Assembly (NCBI GenBank): GCA_045837725.1
Contig: JBEWZL010000124.1
Coordinates: 620,001-657,306, forward strand
Source: Vermamoeba vermiformis
Taxonomy: Eukaryota
DNA: 37,306 bases
Direction: 5' to 3'
In this document: in pieces, positions 24,147-34,760 of the stretch
Numbering within the stretch: position 1 is the stretch's first letter
How the letters are laid out: each line of letters begins with the position of its first letter
The notes under the pieces: model-generated
What the model saw: only the letters and a program-made list of their open reading frames with translations
Database searches by the model: none
Told to the model about the DNA's origin: nothing
Position numbers and translations under genes: made by a program

Positions 24147-26352
24147 ATGAATCCCAACCCAATCGCAGGCGACGATACCGCTGAAGTGGCACGTAAAAGT
24201 GGGTGGATCGTGAAACAAGGAGGAAACCCGAAGGATGCTTGGAAGAAGCGCTTTATGGTTCTCTCTGGGCAAAGTCTTCATTATTACACTGACGCCGTAA
24301 GTTTAATTGTTTTATTGATAAACTCGAGCTGATCTTGTACGCAAAGCCGAAAGGAGAGATACCGTATTTATCCGCGACTCATATCGAGCCAGAAGACTCT
24401 CCACAATACAAAGGGCGTCCATATTGTTTCCGTATAGCTACACCTGACAGAGTGTATCGAATCTCATGCGACTCGGCCGATGAAATGAATTCTTGGTTGA
24501 AATTGCTTCAAGACCGAAAACAAGCACACGACAAGCTTGAAGATGACAAAAGAAAGTCACTTATGATGAAGGCAAAGCTAAAACGCCAGCTAACGGTAAG
24601 CGAAACTGATCGGGTTTTTCCGTCGCAGATCCTGAATTTTCTATTTCAGGACATGTATGACATTGTTATTGACATAGACAATCTCATCGATTTAGAAGAG
24701 GGATGGAAGATTTATTTTGCGCAACGACTTCTCAGCCGGATCGAAGGCGCAGCCGTTATAAACAAGCCGCTTGATCCGGAAACAGTGAACAATTTGAGCT
24801 TGAGCACTACTAAAGTGGTCGTTTCCGTTCTTGGTCTGTTCAACAAGGGTAAAACGTTCTTGTTGAACAAGATCTGCAATGAGAACTTCGACAGCGGCTA
24901 CAAAGTAACGACCCGCGGTTTAAGCTTCAAAGAGCCATACGATATGAACAATATCATTTTATTGGATACTGCGGGAACATCGTCTCCGTTACAAAGTAAG
25001 TAAATCCAAATTCAAGCAACATTAACTAATGCGGATCCCAGTCAAAAACCCGAAATCTACATTAGCTGTGAAGAAATCCACCGAAGATTTCCTTCAAAAG
25101 ATGTCGTTTCTCCTTTCCGATATCATCATTGTCGTCGTTAATGAGCTCACTTGGCCCGATCAAGAGTACATGACTGCACTAGCTGAGCAAGTTCGTGAAC
25201 GACCAAACGATGCCGTGGACAACAAAATTATCGTCGTGCACAACTATAAGGATGCCGAGACAGTTGAGGATTATTTGATAATGAGACAGGTACGTACTTT
25301 TTTACTGTCCGTTGACTTGTTAACCAATGCTTCGATTAGAAATTCTGTGTCAATTGTTTCGAGGGCTCGCAGCGTTTTACGGACGTGCAGCTAAGAACAG
25401 GCCGTGAACGTGCAGATTTCTTCTTGAGCAATGGTGGTGCTCTACAGCATGTCTTCCTTGCAAAAGAAGGGTCTCCTGCTGGGAACATGTACAACGAGAG
25501 GACTCTGGAGTTAATTCGAATGTGGATCCGAACGAGAAACATCTCATCGTCACAGCCCCTTATCAGCAAATTCTGCACCTTGGCTGCTGCCGAGCTTCGC
25601 ATTTACTTCTCAAAGATTAAATCGCTCTACTTGGTATGCATTACACTTGGATCGAACCAATATTCTAACTTGTGTTCAGGTCCACACACCAATCAATCCA
25701 AGACCCCAGTCAGTGCGCATTGCAGTGAGAAGGATTAACACTAATGAAGGATGGGGTGATACGCCGACAAATTGGGAAGAAGAAACAGAATCTACTCCGT
25801 ACAAGATCAAAGCAGTATCGATTAATGGTGATGACTTGGGTTACATCCACAATCACATAACGTTTGAAGGTTTCCATCTTGCCCTGTCAAGCACTATCTT
25901 TCAACCAAAGGTAGGTATCAGTTCTTGTGCATTTCTTGTACTAACACTTGCTGCAGTTTGATGTGATTGAGAGAGATGACCATTTCATTGTTGCTGTTGA
26001 GTGTCCTGGAATTGAGCGTGAAGTCAAATTGGTAGACCTTCGTCAACTCACAGAGGACACTACTTCATCATGGATTGGAGCAACAGTTGGTTTGATCAAG
26101 AATGTGCGTCATCTTATCATTCAAGGGCACAAGTCTCTTTCATTTCCAAGTCCCAACAACGCCACTGATATTCCTTACCGCTTGCAACCCAGTGAAGAGG
26201 TAAAACGGAGGCAGCTGCCCAGTGGCTCATTTACCCAAGCCTATCCTCTGCCAGTTTATTATAAGTCAGAAATCACAAAAACTGTTTTGAAAGGTGGACA
26301 GTTTTTCATTTTCATTCAAAAAGACAAACATCTTGTTAGTCATAACAATTAA
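24147..26352 (+). CDS. PH domain - P-loop GTPase - HSP20/alpha-crystallin-like domain protein, multi-exon
   Basis: PH: KSGWIVKQGG...WKKRFMVL...KPKGEI...FRIATPDRVYRISCDSADEMNSWLKLL. GTPase: VSVLGLFNKGKTFLLN, TTRGLS, ILLDTAG, IIVVHNYKD. C-terminus: FDVIERDDHFIVAVECPGI...LIIQGHK...GSFTQAYPLP...LKGGQFFIFIQK, resembling an alpha-crystallin domain. Confidence 0.8.
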
Positions 26353-26865
26353 AATAAACAACATTTCTTTTTGTTTATTGGGGTACCCAGCAAACAAGAA
26401 ATCAAACTGCGCGACTTTAAATTTGTTTGCTTGTGCCCATTTTAGGAATTGACTACTTGGTCTCGATGCAGTGCAGTGCATTGTGAAGAGGGAATCATTC
26501 CTTCTTGTATTATTTGACGAACCTGCTCGTGATACTTGTGTCCAATAATTCCGCAATGTTTGAAGTAATTTTCGATTGATTGTTCTGAGAGCATTTCTCC
26601 ACCATTGACATCTTATTTTGTGTTGAAGAGTTGGAGCTTTATTTTGTATAAGCATTAAATTCACTAAGTTTTTATTGATTGTCTACAATTTCAAAATAGC
26701 TCGTGTGAGATCCAGACACGTTCTAAAAAATAGCGAAGTCTTGATCCGTCAGTCTGAAATGCATCCAGCAAATTCCTGCTGAATTTTATATATACTTGGG
26801 GTTGACGGACGTTTGGGTTATGGAAAAAATACTAAGTCGAATGGCCAACACATGAAATATCCTCT

Positions 26866-27180
26866 GGACAACACCAGAGGACGTTACCTCCAAGGCGACA
26901 ACATTGGAGGTCGTTACCTTCAAGGTGAAGACATTTAAAGTCAGGCAGGTTGTTACCTTCAAGGCGACAACGTCAGAGGTCGTTACCCTCAAGGCGACAA
27001 CGTCCATCGTCAGGGAGTTTGTTACCTTCAAGGCGACAACGTGAGAGGTCGTTACCCTCAAGTCGACGACATCCAAAGTCAGGGAGGTCGTTACCTTCAA
27101 GGTGACAACGTCAGAGGTTGTTACCTTCAAGGCGACAACGTCAGAGGTCGTTACCCTCAAGGCGACAATGTCCAAAGTCA
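26866..27180. repeat. Tandem satellite of 30-bp units (some 42-bp variants) with an imperfect palindromic core
   Basis: About 9 copies of GAGGTCGTTACC(T/C)TCAAGGCGACAACGTCA, some with an extra TCCAAAGTCAGG. The core GTTGTTACCTT-C-AAGG(T/C)GACAAC is self-complementary. Confidence 0.9.
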
Positions 27181-27204
27181 GGTTAGGGTTTAGGGTTAGG
27201 GTTA
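27181..27204 (+). repeat. Short interstitial telomeric tract (TTAGGG/TTTAGGG)
   Basis: GGTTAGGGTTTAGGGTTAGGGTTA directly after the satellite. The G-rich strand is +, so it points rightwards as a chromosome end would. Confidence 0.8.
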
Positions 27205-29106
27205 TACGATGGGCATGAAACGCTCAGGATTGATGCGAAAACCATGCCCAAAAAATCGTGGTAAAAAATCGAAGCAAAATAGCCAAAAAAGAACATGAAC
27301 ATTGATTTTTGAAGAATTTACGATAGGAACAGATAGATCAAACAGAGATCTATCTATTGAAGGTAGGGTCGCTATATTACTCGATGAGGTAAGGTAGTTA
27401 TCGCTATAATCCCACGCGGGCACAACCATGCCCAAGATCGCGAATTTTGCCTGATTAATTTTGATTGATTTAATTTTGATAAATTTCGTTACTAGGTGCC
27501 AACTAACAATGCGTGGAGTGGTTGGTTTTTTTTTCGAAAGCGTTGGTGGTCACAGAACGTCGCGCAGATCTGACAACTCGGATTGGGTCAGCTTTGGAGA
27601 AATTAATGGCAATAAATGGCTTAATAACGCGTAAGTACAAGTAATTAATTGATATTTTATTTTTGCTCGCGGTTCTAAGTCCGATCTAGAAGTTCGAACG
27701 GATTTAAATCCGCGAGAAGTGCTTAATCAGCAATAATTATAGTCAATAACGATTTGCAATAATATAATAACAATCCCTATTCAATATCACGTCATTTGTT
27801 CGTTATTTACGGTCGCTGTCATTGATCGAAATTCTCGATCTTGACTGTCATTTTTTTATCGCGACCAGACGAACGACCACAAAGGTCTTTTATTTATTTT
27901 TTGATTATTTAGATAATAACAACACGCGCCCAACGATATTCAGCGTCGTTGCATAATAGAATGAAAGAAGAAAAGGAGAAAGGAGAATGAAATTTCATTG
28001 TGATGAAGGAATCAATGTTAGTTAACTGGTATGTGAATGCTTTAAGATGATAGAAGCATGAAGGGTATCATGCTTCATACAATCAGATCGGTCGCGGAGT
28101 TATTAGACGAATGACCGAAGACAAATGAACGGTAAGTAGAAGCATACTATTATTTTAATATCATTAAATTATCTAATTTGGTTTATTTAAGTCTCACAAC
28201 TTGGCGATGACTGATCGATCTTCTCGCGGAATAAAGTTCGTTCACACGGGTATTGAGCGAAGGTAAACACATCAATAATATTTCACTGATGGTTATTAAC
28301 GTGTTATATTATTAGATTTAATTAAAACGATCTTTTTATGAAGTCGAGGAACGAGATCTCTCGATCCGCGAAACTAAGTGGAGGGGTCGATGGAATAGTA
28401 AGTGGTCCCTTAATTATATATTAATTAGTTAATTTAAGCTAATTTGTTAGTACAAGGGCCGATGAAAATTTAATGAACCGCTGACGCGCGATCTGGTGTC
28501 TCTATCCGTCATCGTCCTCACGAGTAACGCTATTAAGGTTTAAACAATCACCGTAAGTGCACTAAGGGGAATGTTAGTCGAAACGTACTAATAGTTTTTT
28601 TTACAGTTTCAGCGTGTCCTTTCTGATTTTACGAATTCGGTGCACGCATGATCTGACAGCCCTCAAATCTCGGAGTTATACGAAGATGGTAGGACGTAAG
28701 AGCATATATTGGTTTAACGATACAATTACTAATATTCTTTACTAATAGACGGCATGAAATAATCCAAATAATTGAACCGCAACTGAGCTCCAACATTCGC
28801 AATCTTTCCGTGACTGGCTGGTTTCCGTTATGCAAGTACTTTCGTACTATTTAATATATATTTGATATTAACCCTTTATTCAGGCTAGGTAAAAGCACGA
28901 GAAAGGATATCGATCTTCACTCCTACTTGATAGCGTAAGTTCGCTGCATCAACGAGTGTTAATAGGTTGATACTAATAAATTATTAATTCAGAGAGTAAA
29001 AGAAATCTTATTATTTTTGCCGCAGTAAGTACGTAAATGTCTTTATAATATATTTACTAACACGAGATAATTAGAGAAGGGTTTAGCGTTGAATTCCGCG
29101 TTACAG
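27205..29106 (+). ncRNA. Putative spliced, hairpin-rich non-coding transcript or non-autonomous element (copy 1)
   Basis: Eight intron-like segments of 50-60 nt (28132-28191, 28263-28315, 28398-28450, 28553-28606, ~28689-28748, GC-AG 28832-28883, 28935-28992, 29025-29074) with donor, branch-like and acceptor signals. The joined exons give no long ORF. Many stem-loops; paralogous to 35200-36650. Confidence 0.5.
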
Positions 29107-30855
29107 TCACGAGTTTGACAGGCACTCCATATACAGGCCACTCCATCTCGTTCTCTACACATGACAGCGGCAAGCAAAGGTTATTTTCCTTTGGATGTAC
29201 TTCACCGATCGAGTCACTCACTCTTCGCTGCAGAAAGAAGTCCCCGAGTACATGCCGCCCACCTTGTCGCAGCACCAGTGGCGAGTGCTGAGATGGAGTA
29301 TGAAATGAGTTCTCCTGACAGCGATCAGCAACCAGATTACAGCGAGCCATTCATTCAGCTCCGCGAGAAGTCAAAGGTAAGTTCGGATCTAGATTGAGTG
29401 TCGTTTGTGCTCACCAGTGCGGTAAATTAGAGGAGCCTATTGAATGCACAGCCCCGTGGAGAAGAAGCGCAAGTAGGATCTGATCCAAGAGTCGCCAGAG
29501 AGGGCAGGCTTCGATCACGTAGTCCCAGGTTCGCTGGATGTGTCGTGCGCGCCAAAGGGCTACTTGCAGTACAGCGACATACGCCTCAAGACTAACACCG
29601 AGGACATTATGGACGCCCTCGATATTGTGACTCGTCTGCAAGGCAGGTGCTACCAGGGGAAAGACGAGCTGGTGGCAAATGAACTCGGAGGATGCAAAGT
29701 GATTGGTCTGACCACATCAAGTGCGTCGTGTGCTGCCTGAAGTGAGGACTGCAATGGCTATCTCTTGGTTGATTACGCAGACCTGGGGCCGATCTTGGTG
29801 GAGGGTCTGAAGCAACACTTGAAGAACTAGTTCTCGAGAGCGACAAGAGCGAGATGAAGGAACAGATCAGCAAACTGCACAGCAACATTAAGTCTTGAAG
29901 CACAAGAGCGACAGCGAGACGCGCAAGATGAGTCACGAGCTGGAACCGCTCAAGTTCAGCAACAACAACATCTTGGACTCTTCTTGCACCAGTCACCTCC
30001 TATCGACACACTCCCAGCGCACCTTTCGCGCTCAGTCACGAACACGAACTCATGCTCGCAGCACTGCAGAACATTTTTTGGCTACGGCGTGACAGTCACG
30101 TGCTTGGCAGGCTACGGCGATCACGTGATCGATCTGTACGATGCCGCGGTGGACAATCTGCAACACAGTCACCTGTTGCACGTGCTGCACATGGACAAAA
30201 AGTACCGCAGTCAGTTCGATCCCAACATCACCTGGAAGCCGACCAACTTCATAGAAGAGATGATCTTGTTCGCGCTGCTGCTCAAGAACTTGCACGAGGA
30301 CGCAGATCTGCTACTTTGTAACCCCCAACGCCCTGAAGTGATCTACTAAATGCCCAAGAACTTCTTCAAGTACCTCTTGCACCACAAGCTGCATCAAGTG
30401 CTATTTGGACATGACGGACTCGCAGCACTCACCAACTTCAGCACCTTCTTTGTCTACGGGCTTGCCACTATCGCTCATGTCTCCCTGGGGCTACAAGTTC
30501 TATCGTGCTTGCGTGCAGTTGCGCCAAGCCTTCGAAGTGCACCGCACCATCACAGCGTGTCCTAAAGTCTATCGCGTGGGACTCCTCCACACCTGCACCG
30601 CTCTTGCAGCACACGGTGTTCGACACGGACACACATACCCTGCTGCAAAAACTGTGCGTGTTTGAACAACAAGTGCGTTGCGTGCCCATCCAGTACAAAG
30701 AGGCATTTACTACTGCCTACAGTGCATTCAAGTATTGGAAGCCGAGCAACAGTTGCGAGGAGGCTATTCAAAAGGCACTTAAGAACGACCTCACGTTCCG
30801 GAACGTCAACATAGCTGTTAATATCAACTTGACGAAGTCGAATCCGGAGATCTAG
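29107..30855 (+). pseudogene. Pseudogene of a peptidase S74 (intramolecular chaperone autocleavage, MYRF/MrfA-ICA-like) domain protein
   Basis: KGYLQYSDIRLKTNTEDIMDALDIVTRLQGRCY...KVIGL, then after frameshifts RRVLPEV...VDYADL..ILVEGLKQ. The SDxRLK motif and following helices typify S74/ICA. Multiple frameshifts and in-frame stops; GC-richer than the flanks. Confidence 0.78.
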
Positions 30856-31525
30856 CGCGAGCCTTTTATTAATGCCTGATAAGTAATACCTGTAAGTAAT
30901 ACAAAACTATTATTCGCGTATTCTAATCTAATATATTAAATCAAAGCTGCTGAATTAGGCGACATTATGGAGAAATCGGTTTGCCGCAACTTTAATACTG
31001 GATTTGCAAGGTGAAAACCAAGTTGGCAGCATGAAAATGGTTTGATCAGCGTTTTTATTTATTTCTATTCGTTTACTAACACGGTTTTATTAATAGATTC
31101 CAGGAATATTTGTTTACGTCGCCGATCCTCGCGCAATGCTTTGATACGCGACACCTCAATCCTATTCCTTGCCTACAGAGTGTTGTGTGCCCACACCCTC
31201 ACTCACCTTGGATAAAGCTGTTCTGTTGCTCAAATACAATATGAATAATAAAAACTAATGCAAAGTTTTCAACAATGAAGGTGTATTTGCAATAAGTAAA
31301 ATGTGTTTGAATTTTCTAACAAGCAGCTTTGTCTTATTCAGGCTGCATGTGGTAAGTTAAGTCTATTTTGAGCACTCTAAATCACATTACTCATCCTACA
31401 AAGGTGCATGTTGCATATTTCTTAATGATATCTAAATCAACTAACCTGGGATATGGTGCTTGCACTGGTTTGAGTGGTAATAGAATCTGTTTGTATTTAG
31501 TTTGTGATATCCTTGTAATTGGAGA

Positions 31526-31766
31526 CTACTTTGGAATCAATGTTTGATCAATAATCATAGCGAATAGGAAGCTCCCACACGGTGATAGAATCCATTCGTA
31601 TTTGGTACATGATGTCCTTGCTATTAGTTATATATGCTGCATCAATAAGACCCCTTGATCTGCTCAAGTCTCTGACAGCCAAAATCCTGTCTCAGAATTT
31701 GCCCAAGTTCTCACCAGACCTGGATATCAGCTTCTTCAGCTCAGAATCAGCTCATACTTGGATCAT
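31526..31766 (-). pseudogene. Decayed ORF fragment of unknown origin
   Basis: MIQV*ADSELKKLISRSGENLGKF*DRILAVRDLSRSRGLIDAAYITNSKDIMYQIRMDSITVWELPIRYDYDQTLIPK*. Both internal stops are TGA (possible CGA>TGA) in a CpG-poor stretch. Confidence 0.35.
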
Positions 31767-31953
31767 AGTATATTCATATGAATTGTTATTGATCCATACC
31801 ATATTTGCAAAGATGGCATATTAATATAGCTTTAAGGTTTGGGGGTGAGAGGGTTAAAAATAAAATATTGTAAAAAGTAGCTACAAAGTTTCTATAGCTG
31901 TTTTTTTAATGTCATATGATAGGCGTACGAAAATATGATGATATTATATAGCC

Positions 31954-31977
31954 TTTTAGGGCTTAGGGGTCTTAGGG
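31954..31977 (+). repeat. Degenerate telomere-like tract
   Basis: TTTTAGGG-CTTAGGGG-TCTTAGGG, in the same orientation as 27181-27204. Confidence 0.45.
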
Positions 31978-32039
31978 CAAATAAAAAAATCCAGATACCC
32001 TTAGATTTTGCTTTATTTATGCAGCTACAACCCAGCTGC

Positions 32040-32696
32040 TAGGCATGACCAATAGGTTACAGGGAGGGCCATAGGCAGAAGCGTGACCAGCAGGTCACAG
32101 GGGTAGAGACTAGGTGTGACCAGCTGGTCACTAGGACATGGAGCGTGACCAGAGGGTCATAGGCGCAGAGACTGAGTCACAGGGGCCATAGACAGAAGTG
32201 TGACCAGCTGGTCACAGGAGAAAGAGCGTGATCGGCTGGTCACAGGGAAGAGCGTGACCAGCTGGTTGCGGGACAGAGAACGTGACCAGCTGGGACAGAG
32301 AGCGTGGCTGGTCACAAGGGGCAGACAGTGTGACCAGCTGGGACAGAGAGCGTGACCAGCTGGTCACAGGAGAAAGAGTGTGACCAGCTGGTCGTGGACA
32401 GAGAGCGTGACCGGCTGGTCACAAGGGGCAGGCAGTGTGATCAGCTGGTTGCGGACAGAGAGCGTGACCGGCTGGTTGCGGGACAGAGAGTGTGACCGGC
32501 TGGTCACAGGGAAAGAGCGTGACCGGCTGGTCACAGGGAGACAGGGAGAGCGTGTGACCGGCTGGTCACAGGGAGAGAGCGTGACCGGCTGGTCACAGGC
32601 AAGAGAGCGTGACCGGCTGGTCACAGGCAAGAGAGTGTGACCAGCTGGTCACAGGGAGAGCACGTGACCGGCTGCTGGTCACAGGCAAGAGCGCGA
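32040..32696. repeat. Tandem satellite (~27-30 bp) with palindromic core GTGACC(A/G)GCTGGTCAC, left part
   Basis: Roughly 20 copies of GAGAGCGTGACCGGCTGGTCACAGG. TGTGACCAGCTGGTCACA is a perfect 18-bp palindrome. Confidence 0.92.
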
Positions 32697-33951
32697 CACT
32701 ACAATTTCTAAAGGGGCAAATCACACCCGTGATTCTCATCTCTCATCTCGTCGGATCTCATGTGATGAAAAATGGCCACACCGTGATTTTTATCTCGCCG
32801 TGAACAAATCAACAACGCACGCATTTTTAATAGGTCACTTATTAATACAAAAGAAAATGATAATAATGAACAGCATAAGTGGTGTAAATAAATATTTATT
32901 AAACAAATACCTTCAAGAGTTGTTCTGGCAAAGTTAACTACGGACTTTAGTTCGTTCAAATATTGGTCATCAGTGGCACGGAGCTTCGGCATTAAGTGGC
33001 ACTAAATATCTCTATAAATATATTAGTTAAATGCATCTTGGCTTGTGTTACAATTAATTGTAAAAATTACATACGTGGATGAGTTAAAACTTTGATCCAC
33101 TGCCAGAATGAAATTTCACTCGTTAAGTCGCCTGCAGCACAGCGACTTAACTGCAAAGAGATTTCTTGCTGGTCGCGTATCTGGAAGACTAATTAGTTTG
33201 AGTATTTATATATTAATATGCACTCTTAATACTATAATTACCTTGATTAAATGCTCCTCAATACATTAAAAGTATAATCCGAAACGGATTAAATCCTAAA
33301 TTAATTTTTAAAAATTAATATTTAATGCTATTACTTATGTAATGATATTATTATTAATGTACTAAATATTTTGTGGCATTTAACCCAAAAACCTACCCAC
33401 ATCTGAGATGTTCCATCCGAATTACAAGTGAAGATAATTTGGCATTACGGAAGTGCTGTAGTTATCTATTTATATTGTAAGCACTAGCTAATTGTTAACA
33501 ATTACTCACCGTTTGTGTTAAACATACGTGCCACAGCAGCGATTTGATATTTTGTTTTCGTTTTCATTTTTTAACTTCTTCCTCAAAATATTAGCATGCT
33601 ACATTCGCTGTCGCTGTTCCTGCAGGCGTGCAATTGCGACATTTTATGAGGCTGTCTTGTCTGCGATCACTAGCAACACCGTTTTACTTCACCCCCCATG
33701 GCTTTGCTCTCTTTGACCTTCCACGGTCGAATGGAAGGCTCAACCTTTGAACGGTAGACTTCGTGGTGCTTTTGCTTTGTCATTCGTATGTACCTTTCAT
33801 TAAATTGTCATTCTCTGCATAGAACCAGATGCTTATTAATATCACTAGTGACAAAAATCACACCGTGGAGCTAAATCTCGCGTGATCTCCCACTGAGATC
33901 TCGGTGAGAGGCAAATATCGCCGAGATTGGCAGTTGTTAGTTTTTGTAGTG
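32697..33951. mobile_element. Non-autonomous CACTA/EnSpm (CMC superfamily)-type DNA transposon, 1255 bp
   Basis: Left end CACTACAATTTCTAA; right end TTAGTTTTTGTAGTG (reverse complement CACTACAAAAACTAA). Subterminal CACACCGTG/ATCTCG repeats at both ends. It interrupts one satellite unit with a 2-bp GA duplication (gagcgcGA|...|GAccggtcaca). The interior holds only decayed minus-strand exon/intron fragments. Confidence 0.82.
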
Positions 33952-34030
33952 GACCGGTCACAGGGAGAGCGCGTGACCGGCCGGTCACAGACAGAGAGTG
34001 TGACTGGTCACAGGGAGAGCATGACTCCTG
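33952..34030. repeat. Right-hand continuation of the GTGACC(A/G)GCTGGTCAC satellite
   Basis: GACCGGTCACAGGGAGAGCGCGTGACCGGCCGGTCACAGACAGAGAGTGTGACTGGTCACAGG resumes immediately after the CACTA right end. Confidence 0.88.
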
Positions 34031-34760
34031 GACACTGGGCAGGTGAGTGTTAGATCGAGTTAAAAAAAGCACACCGAACCTGACTTACCTTAGGCAGACC
34101 AATATAAGCCCATGGGACGTGTGGTGTTTATAAAGAGGCCAGCTGCAGCAGTGCGTGCACTGGCATCAAAGTGATGAGGTTGTGTTGGACTTGACGTGTC
34201 ATGAAACGCTGCACACAACGGGTCAGATTCGTGATCGAGGTTAAAATCTACCTGACTTACCTCACGCAGGTTGCTCACTATCCAGCAGTCCTGTTGAAGC
34301 TCGCAGAACGTGTGGCACTTATAAGGAGGCAAGCTACACTACACAAACGATAAAAATTAGATGCCGCGCATCTAAAGTTCCAGATTTAAAAATTCTTTTA
34401 CTTACCAAATGTCAGGTACTTGTTGGCTAGCACCCTATAAGCATGTGTCTTTGCATTGTGCCGCAGAGACATTTTGAATTAAGTCCTACGCAGCAGTGAG
34501 CGCGGAGAACAACAACGCGTGACCACGATCTGATGAAAATCTAAATTAAATATTATTAAGATAAATTCTGCTCCGAGTTATTAATGAGGGAAAACTCACC
34601 GCAGTGCACTACGCACTGTACGAGCATAAGTTAGTGGAGCAGACAGCCGATCAGCTCCCGGAACCTTGGTGTTGTTAATATTAATTCAAAACGCAACACA
34701 GCTGCTTTCGTTGGACCAAGAAAATAATAAAATTAATTCCACGACCATTGTGGTGTGGTG
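34031..34760 (-). other. Minus-strand series of short exon-like blocks with splice donors, partly internally duplicated, no ORF
   Basis: Donor-like GTAAGT/GTGAGT on the minus strand at ~34088, ~34259, ~34405 and ~34599. Block GATCGAG..TTAAAA..ACCTGACTTACCT is duplicated (34052-34091, 34233-34262). Confidence 0.35.

Noticed and set aside
26266-26664. 132-aa minus-strand ORF downstream of the PH-GTPase gene
   Set aside because: No recognisable domain or splice structure, and it overlaps the 3' end of the neighbouring gene.
26786-27175. 129-aa minus-strand ORF of VTTSDVVALK repeats
   Set aside because: It is a by-product of the 30/42-bp satellite (unit lengths divisible by 3). No other coding evidence.
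26866-32696. CRISPR-like appearance of the two palindromic ~30-bp repeats
   Set aside because: Units are contiguous with no unique spacers, there are no cas genes, and the context is eukaryotic.
32364-32803. ORFs on both strands within the GTGACCAGCTGGTCAC satellite
   Set aside because: Repeat translations with irregular unit lengths.
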